Shown: one piece after another, positions 34,678 to 47,981 of the stretch
Layout of the letters: the number at the start of each line of letters is the position of its first letter
Position numbering within the stretch: the stretch's first letter is position 1
Origin: Orbicella franksi
Taxonomy: Eukaryota
Direction: 5' to 3'
DNA length: 64,000 nt
NCBI GenBank assembly: GCA_964199315.1
Contig: OZ116700.1
Location: 2,294,001 to 2,358,000 of the forward strand
The notes under the pieces: model-generated
Database searches by the model: none
What the model was told of the DNA's origin: nothing
Seen by the model: the letters and a program-made list of their open reading frames with translations, nothing else
Program-made: the position numbers and the translations under genes

Positions 34678-37600
34678 AACTTTGTATGTATTCTACAGTA
34701 CTCCGATTAATAGTGGCCAATGTATTTTTCTATCACGCGAATGAACAAGGAACTAAACGTACGGACAGGCGTGTAAACTCGATTTACTCTTATGTCATTT
34801 TCGTGCGCCTTCTCGGAACAGAAGCTGAATGTGAAATAGTCTAATTTCAGCTCGCGTAAGCGCTCTAAAGATTTCGATTTTCAAGTCGACCGCCTCTCGT
34901 AGGATATGCAAAAAGGTATTCTAATGGTATGGGCATGATTGTATGTAAATACTTACTTTGAAAGCTAGAATATTTTGCATTAAGTTCAGAGGAATTCCAG
35001 GGAAAAAGTAACCAGGACTTGTAGTTTCTTTTACCACGAATGTTTCTGCTGTGTTTGACATTGCTTTAGGGCCCAAGTTTTTGGGTTTTCTCCGAAAGAT
35101 CGTATGTAAATATTAGAAGGACGCTCGTAAATTGTCGACCCATCAACAGGCTTATATGCTCGTATTCTGGGCTGCGAAATCATTATTTAGAGTTGTTTTC
35201 TTGCAATGTGAATCATATATTTATCATACTTTTCTATGTTAACCATGCATGCTTTCAAGCTATCATACTGTACCCTCAGATAAGTTATTAAAACGTTTTC
35301 AGTTTACATCATCGTCTGCTGCTTTGCTTTCGGCTCTACTCTCGACGCTTTTGCGCATAGTTTTCGCTGTTCTTTTAACTGTTGACTTCGATATTTCGAG
35401 TGCTTTGCTTCAAGTTCTGTTGCTGCGATCTTTCAGTGTTTCAATTCCCGTTTTAGCGCTGTCCTTCCTCGACGCAATTCCAAGTTCACAGAAAGTGAGC
35501 CGTGGATGCATAGCAAAAGAAGTCCATTCATAACACGGATGATATATGCAAATGGAAACAATTTCTTATTTAAATTCTCCCATACATTAAAGGTACTGTG
35601 TTTCTTGAATTTGTAAAGACAGGAATATGCTCGCCCGTGTGGCGAATCTTCGTTTGGAAGCGAACGGACTGAAAATGCTCGCCAACCTTCAGCGTGTGTG
35701 TGCTTCGAGTTACGCCCTTGTAAGCCGTAAGTTTTCAACCGCCTAGATGTTTTTCGATGCAGTCGAAACAGAGAATTTATTCGATGCATGTTTACTTGTT
35801 CCATTGTGAGAAATTCTCTTGCTATCTGGTTTGAAAACCAAGGTGTTTTCCTTTGAATTATCGCTGTTAAACGTTTCACTCTGGCCATGTGGTTGTCTAA
35901 GCCGTTCGTTTCTGCCATGTTCAACATGGTCAGTCGAGACGAACATGTTTTCAGGTTATGTCGAGTACCCGCCGTGCAGATCGATTTGGATAAGTTTTCC
36001 TCTCTCGAAAACTACACTGCAGTTAAATGTTCTGGATAAAAAATAAACTATAGTTATGTATTTTACAAAATATGGTTGAAAATGCTCAGCCGAGAACCTG
36101 TACGATTTCAAATTGACGTCGCCTTCGTCGTGTTGTGTTATTTTGAATCTTGTCGGTGAAGTTGCAGTCGAAGACCACATGTACCAAAACACAGAATGAT
36201 TACAAATACAATAAGAGTCCCAAAATACAGAAGTCGGTTTTAAAATAGCCTCATTTTTCTTTTCGCTTGATTGTATACTTTTTCCAGCCCAGCGTTTTTT
36301 AGCATGCTCTCAAGTTACACCGTTTTTAGGTCTAAAGGCTTGGAGGGTTCGGCCGCTCGCGCTGACTCACAACGGAAGGTTGGACTGCTTTTATTTTAGT
36401 TCAAACAATATCTGACATTTGAAGTATGTTGCATCATTTCTCGTAGTACGTTAAACACGATTGTAAATTGGAACTGTTTTCCATAATTGAAGAATATATT
36501 CATGAGTTTTAGGCGGTCAAAATCGAAACGTTTGTTGAACTTTGAAAAGTGACTTTCGCTTAACGAGCATTGCCTGTTGTGAGCCTTTGAAATATGGGCA
36601 ATTCACATCGAACTGATTCGAAGTGTTATCTCGTTTGCCAATGAATTATTTTCTTTAGTTCATTCTGCTGTGTTTATGTCAGATATTAACAGTAGATACT
36701 CCTTTAAGCTCTTTTTGCCATTTTCTTAGTAAAATGCTTGCCTTATCAACGAACGATGGCGAAAAGAATTCGCAATAGGACAACTAATTAGCTTGGCAAA
36801 CAAGGCTGTTTCTAAAAGTCCTATCACAGTATGACTTGGCCAACTCGTGAAAATACTTTGTCCCTTGTTACTCGGATGTAATTCTTTCCGAAGCGGAATT
36901 AAAATTCATTCCGACTGCTTCCTTCATTGACAAATACTAAATAACTTTTTGAATTGCCAAAAGCAATTCGACTTATGGCGCCATAGTGAAGTGGTCATGA
37001 GAAAGGCGGGCGGCTTCCTTTGTTTTGAAGTTATTTCAGTTCAGGCAAGGAAAAGTGACTTCGGATGCTCGCAAAGTGTATGCAGTTTTGTGGAGAGAAA
37101 ATGCAGAATCTTCCTTTTGCCCTGCTTCTGTATTATGGTAATAAGATGAATATTTTACTGCGTTAACATATTTATGAATTCGCTATATCATGACTCTTAA
37201 GCTAATTCAGCGCGAAGGGACGAGCGAATTCGCGTGCTGTCGTTGTTACATTACGCGCGCATTTCTGTGCGGATGTTATTTCTCGAGAAAATGCCGACGC
37301 CAGTAGCAAGTTTATGAAGGTAAAGCTCTATTCCTGTTCATAACATTAGCAATCAATCGCACAAAAGGTATTGAAAGCGTCTGAAATATCAGACATTCGG
37401 CCGATGGGTTTGATACGAATTAGCGAGACTTCTATCTCGCTTTTTTCCCCTCTAATCTTAAGTTGTTCCCGCACGATTCGCGCGAATATTGCCCGCTAAG
37501 GAAGTGAGATGTCAGGGAAACGAAGGCATTTAGAAAATTGCTCTCCGAGCTATTTGTTCTAGAATGTGTTGACAGGTCGATGGCCCAAAAACGTTTGGGC

Positions 37601-40329
37601 GTGATGACCATACACGTGTAAGTACAAACCACACATGTCGATCAATTTTACAGAAAAGTGATTAGATTTTTTTTTTCACCGAGCGACCTTAGTCAAGTGT
37701 TTTAAGAGTATTACGAGTAAACTTGGAAAATACGCGCGACATTGAACTTTTTACGTGTCCCATATGTATACAGTGCGAACAAGACCTTTTGTTGATGGAA
37801 ATAATTGAAATATTCGACGTATGCCCCGGGGAAATATATCTATATCTTGTTGGTGCTTGTGCAGAATGGCGACATTGTCTTTGTTATTATGACAGCGTGG
37901 TTTTTGATTCACGAGCTTCGAAAAAAGGACATTGTCCACCTTTATTTTGGTTTAAAATAACTTTAATTCGGCGCAGAGTGTTTTCAAGATGTCGGCTCGA
38001 TTGTTCTTTGCAATGCGCATGTCAGTGTTTTTAATTACTTTACTCCAGAAAGGCACGTAAAGGCCTTCCGAAATTAAAAATGTACTCCTTATGGAAAGGT
38101 CTGATTAAGTAAGCAAATAGCCTTTTCTCTTTCTTGATCCATGTTAGTTTTCCATAAAGGCGGAAGCCCATTTTTTGGCGATTATTTGGCTTCGTGCAAA
38201 ATTAATTTGTTCGCCTGGCATTAGAGCATTTCGCAAGCGAGTGACAATCTCGAAACTTGTCGTAATTTTGAGATGAGTCTTGGCTCATGTTGTCATGTTT
38301 AGCGCTCGAGAGAAAGGCCAGAAAGAAACCGCAAACCAGAGACTTCACAGAGAATTAATCAGTTAATTTCCTGAAGTCATAAGACCTAAACGGTGATGAT
38401 ATTTGCGAAAGCGACTTTCGACTTTGTTTATGGCAATTTCGTTTGCCCTGGAGGCATTTAGGAAGAAGCTTTTATGTCCTTAAACAATAGGTTTCTTGCG
38501 AATTCGCTTTTGAAAGTGCTTCCTTGAGAAAGGTTTTTAATGGTTCCCTACTATGTTTGAACGAAGCAAAATTTTGCTTCCCACTGCGTTGAAAGGAAAG
38601 ACATTTCCCGCCTGTACAGCGCATAAAAGAACTTTGGACTGTTCATGTCGCTTTTCACCAGAATTAAATATAGTTGTTTTCTCTGTTTTCTTGGCGACTC
38701 ATAATTGATATTTGTTCTTGAAACAGCAGTAGGTGATTCCACATTGTGTAATTCCAATTGCTTTCCCCCTTAAATTAAAATAAGCACTGGCTAAAATGAG
38801 TCGATCTTTTGGACGAAAGACGTCGGTCAAACATCTGCGTCTCATGCGATTTTCTCCGCCAGAATACGATGTTGTTTTTCTCTCGTGCGAAGGAGTGCAA
38901 TCAATGTTTGCTTTCTTCAGCAAAGCATTCCTTGATAGACAATGGCTTTTAAAGTGTATTTTGCTTGTGTGAGCTGAGTAAATAGCGCGGATGAGCAGTG
39001 TTCTCAAATTTAATGCGTATGCTAAAGAATTAAGCAAGGCGAGCTTATGGTTGGTTTCGATTAAAAATGACACTGCTTTCATTGGCTGGGTCCTATTTTA
39101 TGGTCGGTTTATGTGATTGTTATTTTGCGGACAACGGCATAGGGCGAACAAAGTGAAGCGAAATGATGTTTGTAGTTGGCACTGAAGTTGACCTCGGACA
39201 GAGTCGTATGCCAATATGAAATTGAAGTGCTTTTAAAAGATAATAATTGCGGCCAAAAAAATGCACGCAAGGTGTTTAACATATGACGGACCATGTAAAA
39301 ATTAATTGTTTTTTTTTTTGTTATTTCCTCTAGCCCCCAAAATACAAGATTCAATTAAGTAAAGGGAGCCAGAAGTCGGAACAAAGGCCACTAAGTAGCC
39401 AGCTCGATTGAAGAAATGACTTTAAAAGCTCTGTTACGGAGGTTTTTAGTTGCTAAACCATGAAACAAAAGAGGCTTTCGTTAACAGATTCTCTCGTATT
39501 ATTGTTCCAAGAGTTGTCCCGATTCTTTTGTTGGTGATTTTGTTTACTCAAAGAAAAGGCTGTTCCTTATTGCTTAATCCAGGGATTTTCTGAGGAATAA
39601 AAGCATCTTTTGATAATGACCGAAGACCTGTTGAGCGAAAATGCGTACCGTCTAGCTAAGATTTAAGCTGCATTTTAATTTAGTATTAGCATCGCCAAGC
39701 AAACGAGATCTGAATATTTCACCGACCACAAACCAATTATTCGTAACCCAAACCTATATGCAAAATGACACGAATTTCCATTGCAGAAGAAGTGCAAAAT
39801 TTGAAAGTTATGACAGAATGTTGATTAATAAGTTTATTCCAATATATGTACAACTTTAAGCAAATGTTGTGATCATTTTGGTTTCCCTGAATGAAAGAAC
39901 TCCTGTCGAGCGCCAAGCTGCCATTTTGTTGTAAGTACTCGCTAACATGTCTTTGCTCTACAAAACTCAACGAGAAATGATAGCTAAAAACTCTCGGGCT
40001 TAAACCTTGATTTGTTCAGTAAGAATACTAACCTTCTGCCGCAATTGTACCCGTTTGATTCACGGTTTATTTTTAATGCCGTGGAAGAGTATTCGAAGCC
40101 GGCCATGTTTTCATGTCTTAAATGCACTTTTGCTTTTGGGTTTCGAAACTCAAGAAGCGTCTTAGCCCAGTCGTACATTGTACTAGTAAGGCAACACGCA
40201 ACACTAATTTTCTGTTTACTTTAAAACAGAAATTTATACCCACGTCTTCTATTACTAGTAATTTCGTCAAATCTGTGTATATTGTATTTCATGTGTACGT
40301 AGTCATATGCATGCAAACGCCAGAACTGC

Positions 40330-40860
40330 CGAAGTTCTGTTTCAATTGTTGTAGCTATTTTGTAACTTTAAGAAATTGTAGGCTTGTGGGATGATCAATC
40401 TACGTTTGACTCCTCTCTAGAAACTTTTCTAAAATTCGCTTGCGTTCGTGTGGAGGCTAAGTTACTCTTCATTGCTTGCTAGAGTTAATACGAGTAAAGT
40501 TCGTGTTTCAACTGGTGTAGATATTTTGAAATATTATGAATTTGTAGACTTGTGCAATCAATTTAAGTTTTGCTCCTCACTAGAAACGTTTGAAAAATTC
40601 GTTCATGTGGAGGCTTAATTACTCTTTATTGCTTGCTAGAGTTAAGAAAGTAGAGCTAGGAAAACGTTTTCGTGTTTCAGTTGTTGTACGGCGTAGTTTG
40701 AAACATAAAATTGTAGGGTTGTTGGACCAATTTAAGTTTTACTCCTCACTAGAAACTTTTTTAAAATTCGCTCTTGCTCATATGGAGGTTAGATTGCTCT
40801 TTTTTGCTTGCTAGAGCTAGAGTTCAGGGGAGTAGAGAGAGTTTGGGAAAGGTTTTCGTG
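40330..40860. repeat. Degenerate ~165-bp tandem repeat (about 3 units)
   Basis: CTCCTC(T/A)CTAGAAAC at 40410, 40573 and 40742, each followed by AAATTCG...TGGAGG...TTGCTTGCTAGAG. Confidence 0.8.
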
Positions 40861-43800
40861 TTGCTCAGAAATTAAGACGCGTTCATTTTTGTAAATAGCA
40901 GGTGTGTTTGTGTATTGCTGAGTAGGCGAGGTAAAACGCTTCGTTAGAGTCTTTCTGTCTACGATCTCATTAAATATTACACGTATTTGTGTGTTTAGCT
41001 GTATGTGTTAAACTTTACTTGATTTCATATGTTCGAGTCCAAGTCTGCCACCCTTTATCACTTGGCTATGCTTTTTAAAGAACCTCATTGTTCAGTTACG
41101 TTTTGTAAGAAAATGAGACTTTGACCATGTAATTGGGAACGAAAATCAATACCTTAGTGCCGTTTACAAAATCAGCAGACTTCTGATGTTAAGTATAAAA
41201 TCGAATATTCCCTAAAATTTGTCGGTTTACTTTGGGAAACATTTCAGAAAATTTGTGCCAACTGGTATTTATTTAATTCTCCTTTTAAGGTCGTTAAGTC
41301 AAAGAAAAACTGTTAGTACAGCAGTTATAACTTGGAATAATGAAAACTTTGAATAATTCAGGCAAGTGTGAATTTGGAAGAGCAGACAGCAGTTGCGGCC
41401 GTGCGTGTGTCATAATCAGTAATAATAAAGTTGTCATATTGTACACTTCCTCTGGGAAACAAAGTCATCTCGAAAATAATACGACTATTAAATTATGTTT
41501 GTCTTCTACGCTTATAGAAAGATTCCTGTCGTGAAATTGCTTCACAGCATGAAATGCAAAACTCGCTATGAGGTAGCAAAAATCATGCAAGATTAAGATT
41601 GTTTATGTTTCCTTCTTTATTTCTTTTTTAAAGAGAAGTTGTTGTGGTTTGATTGCGTTGGAGTGAAGAAAAAATGGTAGCTGCCATCAGTTTTAATGGA
41701 AGCATGAAAGTAAAGTGTTTTAGTTTATAGTTCAAACTTCTCGCTTAATAAGTAAGGTGTTCTGTAGCCTGAATTTAAAGGTAAACAGCAGAAAGGCATA
41801 GAATGATATAATATTGAAATTATTTCTCCGTCCATGGCTTGTGAAGCTATTTTGTCGAGTTTTGAATTAGGTCGCCCACACGACAAAGAGCTTGTAAACT
41901 TAAAAACAAATAAATTTCTTTTTAAGAAATTAAAACTGTCACATTGTGACATTTTTGTGTATGATTTTAATCTTCTTATATGTATTTTTGATAGCTTCAA
42001 AATTGATCGTGGACGGATTTTATTTCTTGGCAATGTTGGCCTAATTCCAGCAAAATTAATTGCTGATAACAGACTCTAATATCTCTTTCGTTTTTCTGAA
42101 ATTTAACGTATTTTGCGAATTGCATGTTATGTTATAAACTCGTGTTTGAATATCTTGTAACAAAATTCGTATACTTGTCACGTAAAGATTCATAGTTCGT
42201 TGTTTTATGAGTGATGTAGTGAGAGCTTTGATAGTTATTTGGAGAGAAAAATACAAACAATACAGGCAGTGTTTAATTCGTTTGCTTTTCTCTTGACATC
42301 CTGACTACTGCCTTATAGTTGTTCTTGTCCTTTACTGACTCACTTTTATTATGCTAAATGTCAAACTCGAAAGAGTGTGATTTAAAGTCTTCTTTATTCT
42401 TTTGTAAATCCTTTGTTTGGACGAACAAAGGACTTTCGCCACGAACGCATCACAAACCGTTTTATTTGCCCATGTTGGAAACTTCACTTTTCGAGACAGG
42501 TTTAAACCACAACAGAAGAAAAAACCATTGTGTATCTACTGCTCAGATCGAAACTAGAACTTGAAAGCACTTTGCTTTGTGTCTTTCAGAGGTTTCGATT
42601 TAATCTGAAAAACTGTTTCAAAAGTCTGGTACACAATTAAGTCAGAGAATTATTTGCATCCCTAAGGATATCAGTTTTATCACATCGCTGGGATCAAAAC
42701 CAGGACGTATAAACTGCGATAGTGGTCTGTTAGCGATATATCTCCGAGTACATTCATTAATATTCCTGTTTTTCACCTTGAATAACGGAGACCTCGGACA
42801 ATCAGGAACAACATTGCCAAGGTCTTGTTTAGTTTCCGTAGTGATGCACGTCAGGATATAACATAAGCTTATCAAAAAACGTGCTAAAATCCTCCAGTGT
42901 TCTGCTTTTCGAGCTAATATTTGAGATTATGGAAATTAACTTTTAGCAGTGAAATTACTAAATGTTTGTTTAGCTTGCATGGATATTTCCTCCGAAAATG
43001 CGAGAGCCACCTTAAAACCCATGTTTAGCTTTAAAGTATGTTTTATTTCGCCGTGTCGATGAGAGTTATTGTTATTGTTATCGCGCAAATGATGCCGCCG
43101 TAGATTTTAATTTTCCTTTCAAATTATGCCTGTTTAGAGGCTATTCTAGACACCAGAATTATCTCTTAGTAGTAATTACGGCTTCTTGTTTTCCAGCCCG
43201 CCCAGCCGAAGTAATTATTGTATTTTCAGGGGGAAGAGATATCATTTTAAGTCGCTATCATTTCACATAAACAGTCATTTGAATACAGAATTGAAGTTCT
43301 TAAAGCAAGCATTTTCCTTCGCTTGTTCTGGAGCTGAAAACAAGCCAAATAAAAGACTAGAAAGCGCGTAGAATTAAAAATCTTATTCTTTGTTTGTATA
43401 TCAATTTTTCTGTCTTTAAATTATTTCAAACCTCCTTGGCGGTGCAATTTAATTTACCGTTTTAGTAAATTTGACAACGTACTTTAAAAGATCACGCATG
43501 TAGCGGCACAAAGGTATTTTAAGATGTGACGAACTTACTGGAATATTTTTAACCCACAATTTTGAAAGTGAAAATGTTTTCGCCTGAATTTTAAGCGAAA
43601 AAAAAAAATCGTTTTCCTACTTCCGTCAAAAGAGACATCGCTGAGAACTGATTGACTTTAAGCTTAAGGCCTCGAGGTTAGGGTGTGAACAAGAATGGCG
43701 GTTAACAAATTTTTGCACCAAATCATTTTTATGTGTCCACTAAGATGCAGAAACATTAACAAGACTACAGCGATTTACACGGTTAGGAAAACAAATTATC

Positions 43801-45593
43801 ACCGAGTTCGTACTGAAAATTATACTCAGTTTATTGCATATCATTTGGACTATGTAACAAGTTTTTCTGGGAGATTTCGGCTGAAATTCTTGGGTCTCGT
43901 AAATTCACTTGTTATTTCTTCCATCTTTTTAGTCGTCTCCTCGCCTTGGTTCAAGGTTCCTCACTGAATTCGTCGACCAACTCCCATTTCAACAAGTCTA
44001 GGGCATCTACAATCTTTTTTTATACACTGTAAAATAGAAAATAGATAGTTAGGACCGAAAATGATATGCATAAGAGTCATGCAGTGGGCTCCAGTCCTGC
44101 GATTTGAAAATCAAGGTTTTCTTAGACCTAAACGTCTGCGAAGATTTCCTAATTTTATAACTTATTTTAACTTGAATAAACCCTGCCATGGGTGCTTAAA
44201 ACAATTTTCCTAGGCATTAATTTTGACTCGAAAAGCGCGCGAACATGGCGTTGAATACAGCCGTGTTTGACACGGAGAAAATGATGTAAAATAACTTTAG
44301 TAAAAATAGGTTTTCGGAATATTTAAAGCCTGTAAGCTTACGGGTACCTTAGAAAATATTTTGCTGAATATTGATTGGCATAGAAGCTCAATTGATTTAG
44401 TTCCACCCATGGTTCATTGGGTGTTTTGTCATGAATTGTCATCCCGTGTTAGTTTTGTGCTTGACCGTGGTTGCCAAGTTGTGTTCCCACAGTCATTGCC
44501 AGTGAGCTGTTGTAGTTTAATTTATGTGATTGCCATTATTATATAGTACCTTGTGTCGTTGTTTCTTTGTTTTTCATCGGCGTGTAGTTCTTACACTATT
44601 GAGATTAAGCATGTTAATTTATTTCCTTGATATGAGTTTCATTGTGGAGTCCTATGCACATAGCGTTGTTGTTTCTACAGGGCCTATAGGCCGTCTCTCC
44701 TAAGCGGTCAGCCGTATACCATTCCTATTGTATTTCTCGGTTTCTTTTGTATGGCAAGCTGATTTTTTCCCATTAGGAGTGTTACCGTTTCTGGTTGCTA
44801 GAATGACCCTTAAAAAATTAATTTTCCAGTTCGTACCAGGTTTTCTCGTATCTTTAACCTGGTTAAATCATGGCTTCGTGGCGATCGCTAGAATTACTTG
44901 ATTGTATCGTTCACACAGAAGTCCCTCTCGGGGCCTCTCTACACGACTCTAGAGTCTGGTTTCTGTCTTGGAAGTTGGTTTTGTGTCGAATGATATTTAA
45001 TCTGGCCCGGGATAGAGCGATTTCAGTTATAGAACCTATCAAGTGTTCGCCTGAGTCTTATTTATTCCAACTGCAGCTATTCCATTGATCACACTCTGCA
45101 AACCAGCCAATGCTCACTTGTTTTGAATATAAAATTATCCTATATGTATTATGTAGAGTCATTTATTTCTAGGTCCCTGTCCACTTTAGGTCTTTCTTCA
45201 CTCCTTTGAAGCATGTGTTAAACTGATTTGTTCCCTTCTTCTTCTAGGATTTGTGCTTAACAGAACCAAGAATTTACAGAAGAAGTCAAGCAAGACAACG
45301 TCGACGCCCTTTAAGTTTTATACAGTTAACCCTTTACGTCCTACGTTTAGCATTTAAATTCTCTCAACTGTACCTATAGATTTTCTTTCATTTCTACTTG
45401 ATGTATTTAGTTGTTAATCAATGCTATTTTCTAGGGATGATCAGCTCCCTCTTTCTCATGTCCCACTGCTTAAATGTGTTGTAGAACGGTGCGAAGAAAA
45501 CAGAATTCGATCGCTACTCAGGTTAAAAGGATTAGGATGTTTTAAGGTCGCCTTCTTAGTGTTTCTAACATGACTAAACTTACAAAGTGCCTA

Positions 45594-45660
45594 GCTCCCA
45601 GTTGGCTTGATAGTTGAGTTGGTTGAGCACTGCACCGGTATCGCTGAGGTCATGCTTCGT
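45594..45660 (+). mobile_element. Truncated tRNA-like SINE head
   Basis: GCTCCCAGTTGGCTTGATAGTTGAGTTGGTTGAGCACTGCACCGGTATCGCTGAGGTCATG: A-box-like start, but the cloverleaf is incomplete, so not a tRNA. Confidence 0.55.
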
Positions 45661-47981
45661 GACTAAACAGTGTTTGCATCAGCTAGAAAAGTTTATTAAA
45701 AAGACTTCAATGGAAGATAAGCAAGAGAAAACGTAAAGCCTAAATTTAACGTAGGTTTTACTCAGTCCTTGCTTGTTGTTTCGCAGCATTATTATTTGAC
45801 AGTTACTTTTTGGGCCGTTTGGCGGGTTAACCCTATTGAAACCCTCGTGTGGCGCTTATGCACAAACCTTTTTTTTTAAACATATATATTTTCAGCTTTG
45901 CTAGTAACGGGAGATGTCACGTTTCAAAAGTTAATTATAATACCACCAGTTTGACAGTTTTTGTTTTAATTCTTCGAGTTGTTGACAGAAAGACGGCAAT
46001 ATTTATAAGTGTCAGAGATAAAATCTAGCGGTTATTGCTGGTGTTACTTTTTTTTGGTTCTGTCAGAGAGGTGAACTCGCCATTTTCTCGCTTTACAGGC
46101 GTGTAGTAATTATCTTATGGCCATGGACCAAGGAAGTTTGAATTTAAAAAGCGTCTTCTATGTTTTTTTTTTTTTTTAACCTCATTTTCACGAATTTGCA
46201 ACATCATACGATTTTTTTCTCATGTAGAATTTTGTCTACAAATATTGAATCAAGATAGTTGGCGGTTTTCATCGTTATCTCCAGTTCTTCACAAGAACAT
46301 ATGCCTACTTTGTTTTCTGCTCATATCATAACTCATAACTCATATCTCATTGGTAATTCAGCTACTTATACTTATGTTTGCATATGTTGCTAAGTAAATA
46401 CATAACGGTTTCTATTTCTTAACTAGTTTGTTGATCCTTTCTTCTCTTAACAAGATTCGGTGTGGTATAATTGCCATTTGCAACAGTTTAATTTTCACTC
46501 TTTACAGCATTGTTTTAAAAAACCATTTTAATGCCATCTGCCTTCGCGGGCGTTAGTAATTTAACGTTAGCGTGTAAATTCTTCCCCATTTGTTATAGCA
46601 TTGTTGAAACGTTCTGAAATGGTTTCTTTCTTTCGTTGTAAGGCAGTTTTTAAAGTATTTTTGTTTTACCTACTTCAATTAATAAAGCGACTTCAACTTT
46701 GTTTTACTGAATTTTGGACCCATTCAGTTAACGCAGTATACTCCTTAAGTTTACGTGTCGTCGTGTTAATGCCCCAGGTAACATTAATGGCCTCCACAAA
46801 CCGCAATTAAAATGTTTTTCAAAACAACCATGTCCAACGCGTTGGGTAACGGTAAACAATAATTAAACACGCAAAATATTTAAGTACACGTAGAGAGGCA
46901 AGGCAAAAGTAAATTAAGAAATTGCGACTGCCTTTATGTGTCCTTATGACTGCCTTTATCTGTCCTTATTTGACGTTTGTGGTGCCGTTGACATTACAAC
47001 ACTGGCAAACTTTGCCTTTTCAAATTTTCAAGGCAATTAACACTCATTACATGAGCGGTTTAATAGCTTACCGCGGGGACCTGCTCTTTGGTAAATGCCC
47101 ATTGAACCATACTGAAAACTTGCTTTTTCACTCGTTTTGAGATAAGTACATTACAATCCGTCACAAGTATTTCTTTTGAACACTTCACTGTCCGGCAGTT
47201 TTACTAGCTAGTAAATAATATTTTCAAAAATTTTGCAAACAAGCGTGTTGAAACTTAGAAAACACTGCAGTCATCAACAGTTTACAGAGTACGCTGTCGA
47301 CGACTTGATTAAATTTTAACAAGAGTACCTGTTATTTAACTAAGTTATACTACCAGGTTTTCTCCACTAACACTCCCAAAACATGTTGAAACACATGCGT
47401 CATACTGATAAATTATGAAAAAGGGTTTAGGAACGCTTGCTTCATTTCCATTCATTACATGTTTACATTTGATGTCGCCGCGCTGTCGTCCGCCTGTTAG
47501 CGGTTTACTTGTAATTGCTTTGATGAAATAAAACGTTGCTCTTTTCAGTCTAAGCTCTTGTTCATAAATTATTTCTGAGATGTGGTTGTCATTGTTTTTA
47601 GCAAGGGATAGTACTGGATCTCACCGTGAAAGAGTTTAAAACAGGTGGACAACTTAAGTTAAAGATTCACCTGTTCCAAGTTGTATATGATAATGCTGAG
47701 ATCTTTGATAAAAAGATCGTTTACTATTGATTTTTTCTTGTATTATTTAAAGGATGCGTCTAAGAGTTTACAGGCTATGTACAGAGGCGAATAGATTAGT
47801 TAGTCAAGATTAGTTCGGAAATTGGGAATAATGATTGTCAAACCCAACCAGTTTGGCGCCAAATTGCTCTGTTATCCCTCCGTTAATGTAAATGCAAAAC
47901 CAAAACAAAGCGATGAAAAAGTGGCGTATCTATATACACGAACAGTCGCTATTTCTCGTAGTTTCAACTGCTTCAGAGAAT

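Noticed and set aside
42642-42875. 77-aa minus-strand ORF as an exon
   Set aside because: No ATG start, no convincing splice partners and no recognisable domain.
44680-45000. Hydrophobic frames suggesting a membrane-protein pseudogene
   Set aside because: T-rich DNA yields F/L/V-rich translations by itself; frames are short, broken and match no family I recognise.
47400-47460. ATGA-N13-AAA...GA downstream of the TGA-containing ORF as a SECIS
   Set aside because: The helix II strands do not pair.
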